Source: Candidatus Lokiarchaeum ossiferum
Lineage (GTDB): Archaea > Asgardarchaeota > Lokiarchaeia > Sigyniarchaeales > Promethearchaeaceae
Direction of reading: 5' to 3'
DNA length: 32,000 nt
Assembly: GCA_025839675.1 (NCBI GenBank)
Contig: CP104013.1
Location: 5,760,001 to 5,792,000 of the forward strand
The position numbers and the translations under genes are program-made. Shown piece after piece: positions 22,674 through 31,600 of this stretch; the stretch's first letter is position 1, and the number at the start of each line of letters is the position of its first letter. The notes below the pieces were generated by a model that had not been told where the DNA came from, did no database searches, and worked only from the letters and a program-made list of their open reading frames with translations.

Positions 22674-25600
22674 TTGGACCCGATCCATTTTTGGTTTTAT
22701 AAAGAATTGGAGGAATTAGATCTTAAGAATCAGGGTCGTTTCTCCTCTGACAAAAAATCTTACGGGGAAAACAACCTTCGGTCGATGATTAAAAACCTCT
22801 GCAAAGTGAACGATATGGTATCTAAAACAACTTGCTCGAAGGGAAATGTCCCCCCATTCTCCCTTAAGGGTCCAGAACCGACCCCCCTCGCCATCAATAC
22901 CCAAGAACATGACCTTACGAAATTTCGATCTTCCCTTCACCTCTTAGGATGTTCCAAGGATCCAGCCTCCTTCTCCTTGGAAGAACTTGTTCAAGCCTAT
23001 AAACTTCCATTAGAACATCCCTATTACAGTAAAAAAACTCGCTTTGTCAACCGGGCTTATCTGCGATCGATCACGCCTCCTCTGTCGGAAAACCGCATTG
23101 ATCGCCTCTTAAAAGTCCCCGTCAAGACTAAACGGGTAGCGAGTCACATTGAATCTGAACCCTATCAGCTCCATTATGACGGTATTGTGGACGAACCTTT
23201 TGATCCGGTTCCGTTTCCAACCCTTTCTTCACCTCCGAAAGATCCACCCAAAAAATCACCCAAACTCCCGCCCGACTTGAAGACCAACCTCCCCTCCAGG
23301 AAAAATGGGCCCTGCTCCTTTTTCTTAACTCTTTTTGCCGTTGTTCCATTAATCACCATTATCTTTCTGTTTCCCCACTTACAAGGGGCATTTCATCATT
23401 CGGTCGGCTACATTGCCTCCCTTGTCCTTGGAACTGCCTATTATGGCACACTCGGGCTCATTGTGTGGAAACCCTACTTTCTGAAACATCAAACCTTTCG
23501 ACACAACCTCTGGAGGCGTATTTGTTCTCCCTTTTTACTTCTCCGAAGGAAGATTCTTAGCACAATACAGACCATAGGGAATATTTTCTCTCCAGCAATG
23601 CGCTATATCGGAGGAAAAATCATCCAAATAAGGACAAATCTGATCCAATGGAGGAAAGTCCAGAGTCACAAGGGGAAAATTTATCTGCAGCAAAAAAAAA
23701 ATTGGATAATCTCCTTACTAAAATCAACTCGAAGCTATGAAAAGGGACTGGTCATCCGAAGGAGATGCCTTCAGAGCAAGTCCCGTATTAACGATCACAT
23801 ATCATCTCTTACATTCCACACCAAAGAAGCCATTACTACGAAATATGTCCATTTCAAATCCCTTTGGCTTCGATTAGAAGCCAAGTCTCAGCTGTGTGAG
23901 GTTTTAGGGGCACAGCTTTGGTTGATCTCCCACATCCTTCGCCTTCCCTATTATCTTGGGAAAGAAGGGGTTTTCCTCGTTCAAGCCATCGGATCAGAAT
24001 TTCACGAGATCCAGTGTAGCATACAGACTTCCTGGAGACGAAAAAAACGACATCATAAAGTCAAACACACTTCTCAGCGCTCTGATGAGAGAACCGCTCC
24101 GAAGTGGATATTATTTTTCCAAAGTCTTTGTGGCCAAACTCTCTACAAGGGATTACAAGTCAGCATGGCAATACTGGCTTTAGGGAGTATGGTCTTGGTT
24201 CTTCTTCAGTTCAAACTGTCGACACCCTTGATCCCCTTCTTGGCTCTTCTCCTAGGGGGAGGCCTCCTTCCAGGATTCTTATTGGGGGACCCAAAGAAAC
24301 ATGAGACCTCGCCCGTAGATGTAAATATCTTTTCTTCAAGCTTAGATGAGGATACAAGTTACCAACCGAAAGTAGTAGAACGAAAGACAAAATGGGATTA
24401 TTACTACGGATTTTTGAAAGCCTTAGAAATCCGCAGGGAAAATATCGCCAGAAATAAACGCAAACAACATCAGACGCCAAAGGCTTCTCCTTCCAAACTA
24501 GCCATTCCTCTAATTCCTAAAAAAAATCCTATATCTTCGTCGTCAGCTCTTTCTTCACCGTTTTCCCGACGAATCATGCCCTTCGTGAGCGTCTTATTTT
24601 TGATTGCTTGTGTGCCTTCCATTACACTCTCGGACCAACAAACAACAACTGTAAACATTTCTCCTATGGCGAATCTCACCATGGAATTGGGCTCTCCCGA
24701 AATGCTTTCATTTGCTGTGGAAACGCATCAGCTCCAATCAGTTTCCTATGCTGTTCTGGTCAATAATGAAATCTTTCAAGAAGGGACCCTTGGACCCTCT
24801 CAAGGGTTGGACTTGCCTCTGAACCATTTACCCGAAGGGAAACATTACATTTCATTACAAATCACTACTCCTCGCCACGAATCAGTGGTAGAAGATTGTT
24901 GGGTAACCGTCGTGAATACTCTCCCCTTTATTGATCCCAGCCCAACACCTGAGCAATTTGAAGATGACAATATGGATGCTACCTTACGCTGGAGGATCAC
25001 AGACCCATCAGTACTCACCCCTGTGTATGACCTGTGCATCTACCACGATAATAAAGTGGTGACCAGCGAAAACGGCAACTTATCCCAATCCCTCACCAAC
25101 CCAGATCAATTCACCTCCCACTATAATATTGCTTCCTTGGGTGTTGGAACCTATCAATACGCCTTTTGTGTGAAGGATGGTTTGGGAGCCCCTATCTGGG
25201 ATAATGGAACCTTTACCATTGTCATGGATCTGGCCCCCGAAGTGACCACCCCTCAATCAATTCTGTACGTTGAACAAGGGGATGTCGTAGAATTAGATTT
25301 CACGATTTCCGATCCCCGACGCACAGGATTTTATGATGTGCGACTGGGTGATCAAGAACTCATTGCAAATACTGCCTATGAAAATTTTGCCCATGTCTCT
25401 CAGGAGATCAATACTTCCTCCATGTCCTGTGATGAGTATCAATATACATTGCAATGCATAGCCACACTTTCCAAACTCAAAACCTATCAGACGATCATCG
25501 TATATGTCATGGACAATTTAAATCCGGAGGTAACCCATACTAATGAATCCATTGCTACAACCGATGGAACTTTTCACACCCTTCGTTTCGAAGTCCACGA

Positions 25601-28600
25601 TTCGCATTTGCTTTCCAACTTCACCTCAAATTTGACGATTAATGGGGAGGGGTATTCCATAAAGGATCTCCAAAATCGCTTTCCGAGTACGAGTGAGATG
25701 AATTCGGAGGCCACCGTTTATCGATTAAATCTGACTCTCCCCGCTCGGTTATTCCACGAAGGTCAAAATGATATTATGTTCCAAGTCACCGATGGTGAAG
25801 GCGGTTCAACGATCCATGATTTTCACCTCTTCCAAAATTCAACCCAAACATTATTGGTAGAAAACTTAGCCACACCAAATTTCTTTAAACAAGCCTTGGA
25901 AAGTACTCCTTTAGAAAATCAACTCTTCCTTCTATTGAGTGGATGTCTTTTCATCTTTGCACTCATGGCGATGTTTTGGTTTCACCATCGCAAAACCGAT
26001 CCAAAAATGACCTCGGTTCAGCGAATTCGGTTTCGATTCATCACCTTATTCTTGGTGGGCCTTAACTTCGGTTTCCCACAATTTATCCAAGCTCAGGCTG
26101 CCCCTAGTCCCCTCAACCCGATTTCGGACTTATCGTTATCCATGATTTACCCAACTATTGAAAATCAAACCAGTTACACCGATCCCTTAACCTTTGGAAT
26201 TTTATTGTATGATTGGTTGACTCTCGAATGGACCTGTGACTATGATGCCTATCAAGTCGTGCAAATTAAAAATCTCACCGATGGGACGGTGATTTATGAA
26301 CATCGCCAATTTCAGGTGGCAGGGGCTCGGTCCCATCAGATAGCCATATCGCCCACCCTCGGATTTTTACCCGATCAAAATTATAGCGTTCAGGTCATCA
26401 CGGAAGATGTGGGATCCCTCTATTCCACTTATGGCTATTCCGAAACTTTTATGCTCAATGTCTTCAAAGCCCACGCTGTTTTTACCTTTGATCAAACCGT
26501 TGATAATCAAGATAAAGGTATTTTTGCGGTGACTCGCCGTCTCAATGAAACCGCCTATTTTCGCTTTGATCTCCATTATAAGACACAGTTGGTGGATGCG
26601 TATAATCCTCGACGATATGTCAGTGCGGAACCGATTATCGTCGAATCCCCGTCAATGACAGGCTATGATCCCGTGACGATTGGTACAACAGGACAATTTG
26701 GGGATCATGAGTTTGTGACCATGCGTACCTCTCTGAATTTTACGGAAGGTGCTCGGTGGACGTTTGAAGGAAATGATTATTATGAGGAAACTCACGCCAG
26801 CGATTACTTGGATGCGCAATCCCTCATTTCTGCCCACGATTATACTCAGCCTGAAGATTTGGCAAATTATACGTCTTCAGGGGACACCTATTCAAATTCC
26901 TCCTCCATCGATACGGTAACGAATTTATATCGCTATTTTTCATGGGAAGCGGGAGAGACGGGCTATAACGGGTTTATTCGGAGCGAGACTAATTCCACGT
27001 ATTATGCCTATGGAGTTAAGGATTCCTCCGATTGTCTCTTTTTTGGATCGACCTCAATGAATCCCCTAGAAACAATGCTTTACAGCCCAAGCATTTATTA
27101 TTATGCTGATGGGGCGAAATCTGCATCCACCAGTATCACTTTTGGCACGAAACAAGATTATAATTCCTTTGCGGATGTCTTTGAAAATTCTAATATTTTT
27201 GATGTGGATATAATCCTTTTTGATGAAGATTTCACAATTTTAGAACAACGATCCTTGTTCGATGGAAATATTGTGGCCATGCAAACAAAGACAATAGACT
27301 TCAACCTTGCCCACTTCACGGTTCCCCGTGCATTTCGGCTTGCCCTTCAAATTCGCATAAATCCCCTCTGGCATAATGCGACTTGGGATGATGCTGATGA
27401 ATTATACTTCTTATTAAGATCCATTTCCTTCGATATTGATTATAATTATGCCCAATGGGGATCATCCAGTTCCCTCGACGATTTTCAATCCATGACTTTG
27501 TTAGAAGAAACTCAACCGATGCAATTTCGGAGGGGAGGATCCCAAGCCATGTTTTATGTGCACTCGGGAGTCGATTCTCAGTTCGCCAATGGCCCGATCA
27601 AAAGTGAAGGAGAATTTATTTTACCTTCCCCTGTGGATTTTACCGATCCATCTTTGGCCGCATCAAACCTAACTTTAACCACAAACTTCGAGTTGGCCCA
27701 TTACGTCGTTGAAGCGAATAATGGTGCGTATAGCTATTCGATCCGAGTAATCCCACAGCTCATAGATCAGACGTACTTGTCATCTATTCCCTTAGCTTCG
27801 GCCAGCAATGTCCAAGATCTTACCACAGTAGTTCAACTTACCACGGATCTCAACGCCTTTAAAGGCCAGCCTATCGATCACTTTCTCCTTCAAGTCTGGT
27901 TCGAAGTACCTGGAGATCCTTTGTCGTCTGATAAATCGGATGAATATCGCAGTTTATTTACTGAAATTACATTGGACGTAAATAATTCCATTATAACCGA
28001 TCTCGTGGAAGGATCCACGACAGGTAACTCGACTATGTATTCGTGGATGGTAGATATTATGCCTGAAATTGGAGATCAACTCTTAGATGTAACCACCTAT
28101 ACGCCCGATAGTATGGGCTATTTCCGCAATTGGATGACTACTGATGTTCCTTTTGCATGCGGCACTGATTGGAATGCTTACCCTACGATTAACGGAAGTC
28201 ATATCGATTGGACCCACGATTATGCCCCCGGTGATTATGTGATTCCCCAAGAAGTTCCGATTGCAGGGTCGAATAATGAATCTCAATGGGTAGAATATAC
28301 ATCAGCAAAAGAATTATTTGAGATTGACAAATATTATGGGGCAGATGATTATCTTTGTTCATACGTTATGATGTATGTCTATTTTCCTCAATATGAACCG
28401 AATGTATATTTGAAAGTGGGCTCGCAAGACGGATCTCGGATAGTTTGGGATGATGGAGAGGTCTGTTACAATCACGTCCAGCGATTTCTCGGGAAAAATT
28501 CCGATGATGAGCAGGATATCATCAATCTTGAAAATGGGGTTACCGCGGGATGGCATCGCCTATTCATTCAAACGGAAGGCTATGATTCCAACTGGTTGCT

Positions 28601-31600
28601 TCGATTACGTTTTTCGACAATCGACGGGGAAGGTGATAGTTTTTATTCGGCGATTCCTGGATTGCGCTATTCCCACACTCCACCTCTCCAAGAGACTCGC
28701 TTTTCATCTAAAACATTGAAAGTTATCCCTACTAAAAAACAATCGTCGGAATCCTCCCGAAATGCTCTCGTGATGGAAATACCCGAACAACCCGTCTCCG
28801 AAGGGGCTACGGGTAAGACCTCTATTATAACCCCCATCACCAACGGCGAAGGCCTTGGGGATACATTATTCAACGGAACTCTCACGATTACTCTAAAACC
28901 TTCCGTCTCGTCTGCAACCGTCGATTCCGCGACTCTGAATGTAACCATGTTCTTTGATCTGTATATTAAAGATGGGATGAATTGGATTTCTGAATATACC
29001 ACCCAAATCTATGCATGTGAATTATCCTATACCACGATGTTAAGTCTCTCCCTTGAAGAAATTACCCTCGATTTGGATACCTTGTTTGCCGATTATACTG
29101 GGGATGGAGACCCGTCCTTATCCTATTATCGTATGTACTATCGTACAGAAATTCAAGCCACCAGCACCGGTAAATGTCCTGAAGCCCAAGTGGAAATTCT
29201 CAACACCCAGTTAACCCTTATTGATCTTCCTCCAGCGGGGGCTTTTGTCAACCTTCAAACTGGTGATATGTTATTTGGCACCGAAATGATTACCATTCAA
29301 GCGCAAAGTCATGATGTGATTTCAACCCGTTTATTAGGCTCTCAAGATGGACTCAGTTGGAAATCCATTGCTGAGACTACGGTCCATAACAACTGGCTCT
29401 TTACCTTGCAATTCAATACGGCCACCAATCCCGCCTTCCCCCCTAATGATGATGAATTTTATCTCATGGTGCAATTACGAGATCATTTTTCGACGATCAA
29501 CACCTCCTTAGTGATAGTATGTATTGATAATGAGCGTCCTGTATTAGAAGTGCCCGATTGGGAGCCGATCGATAACATCCTCTGTAATCCCACGAACATT
29601 TCTATCATATCCGAAGCTCCCGATATCATGCAAGTCCGGTTTGAAGCCATTAGTTCGGCTACAGGATCATGGACCAATCCCATTTTCCTTTCCAATTATA
29701 CTTTTACAAATGTGGAAGGGAATCTCACCGAATATGGCTTTCTCCTTGATCCCTTTATGTTAGATGTGGGGACTTTCGATTTTCGCGCCGTTTGTTTGGA
29801 TAAAACGTGGGATGAAGCCACCGCCAGCATCATTGAACTGGGAAATCTCACCGTCTCTCGGTTTAATCCGGAATTTACATTGCCAACACCTACGAATAAT
29901 ACAGGGCTTGTTTCGGGATTAATTCCATTCAATTTTTCGAGCGGTGCTATCAATCTCGATAATATCACTTTATCCACCCGTCTTGGGGAGTATGCGAGTC
30001 TCTCTCAATCTCCCGAAGATAAGTATTATGTGGAACTGGATTCAGCTATGCTGTTTGGTGAATATGAACAGCAAATGGAGACCTTTACCTTCACCTTTAC
30101 TGTAAATGGCTATAGCCAAGCCTGGACCTATCGGTTGTATGTGGATAATGACAATCCCGAGATCACTTTTGGATTCGATCCTTCCGTTTCCGTGAGTAGC
30201 GATTCGATTGAGACTTCTTTGGATGAAATACCCGTAGTCTCGCTTAGTCAACCCATAAATTTAATTCAAGATCAAACCCAGATCTCATTGGATATTTCCC
30301 ACAATAATACCGCGGATTTAGCTTATCTCGAATATTATGGGCTTTTTTACCATCGGGAAAGTGATGCGGATGGATGGTTGGATTATAACGCCATTTCGTA
30401 TGACCGTGGGGTTGATGGCTTTAATTGGATCCAAGATATTTCAAATGGTTTGCTCTTTGCCATTGATAAAATGATTGCCAATGGTATAACTTGGAGCACC
30501 TTACCTTCGTTATCTGGAAGTGATTATCACTACCTTCAATATGTGACCGAGTGGAATGTGAATGGCCTTTCAAACACATATTTCAATGAAGAAATGACCT
30601 CCGCTCAAACAGACTTTGCCTCAAACTTGAGCCTGTTACTTTCCTATTTAACTACCGATCAACTGAGTAGTGCCTATGATCTAATGTTAAGGACTATCAA
30701 ACCGCATTTAACGGAGCTCGCAACCAATGAATACGATGTACCGTGGGAAACTCCCGAAAAAGTCGTGTTTGGAACCTATTTTTCGGATGATTTAGCAACA
30801 TATACTCCAACAATTAATCTGGAAGGTTTTCCCGATGGGTATTTTCAGCTCGGAACAAGCATTACTGATCATGTCGGATTACGAGATGAAAGTGTATCGC
30901 CTCTGTATTTCTTGGAAAACAATCTCCCCACGTTCCAAATTGTTTCTCCTGCGGATAACGAACAACTGGTAATTTTACCCGATCAATGTAATTATGTGAA
31001 TTTTTCGATGTATGTGCCTGACCGTGATATTCGCTCGATTGCCTTAACTAATATGGTCATGTTTGATGATCTGGTGACGGAAGATTTAACTTTTGATATG
31101 GGGCAAGATTTGCCCAATCATCGAGTCGACTTCGGATTCAATCTCTCCGAAGCCATATCCAATACAATTGTGAATACCTATGTACTCAACCCACAATGTG
31201 CATGGACCATCACTACTGAAGATTTTGCAGGACGGATCTATACGCAAACCCGCACGTTTACCTGTGTGCAAATTCCAGATCACATTGGTCCTCAATTTTT
31301 GAATTATACGGTTCCAGATGCGTCCGCCCTCTGGACCGAAGGATGTGATATTGTTTTAAATATTACTGATTTTGGCAATCCTGTATTTGATGTAAATATG
31401 ACTTATGTTGGGGATGATGTGGCTTCTGGAATCCGATACTTGGAAGTGTGGCTTTCAGAAATCCCTCAAAATCTAGATCCTAGGCAAATTTACTTCCCGA
31501 TTATGGACTTTGAAACCACGGGAGATAGTTCCATGCTGGATAATTTTCTTGGTTTTATCATTACCTCCGAATCTGATGGTACATATATCTTCAATCCCGC

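Noticed and set aside
28054-28112. Apparent +1 frameshift in the giant ORF near 28080
   Set aside because: This was my own transcription error: I inserted an extra base while reading across the line break. Recounting base by base gives caa-ctc-tta-gat-gta-acc with no stop, consistent with the track listing no frame-0 ORF ending here.
22716-31295. About 20 short minus-strand ORFs (60-111 aa) and three off-frame + ORFs (23956..24183, 24104..24304, 28450..28719) listed in the track across this region
   Set aside because: All lie inside the continuous frame-0 + strand ORF, have no motifs, and have low-complexity or odd compositions. They are shadow ORFs, typical of a higher-GC coding region read in the wrong frame.
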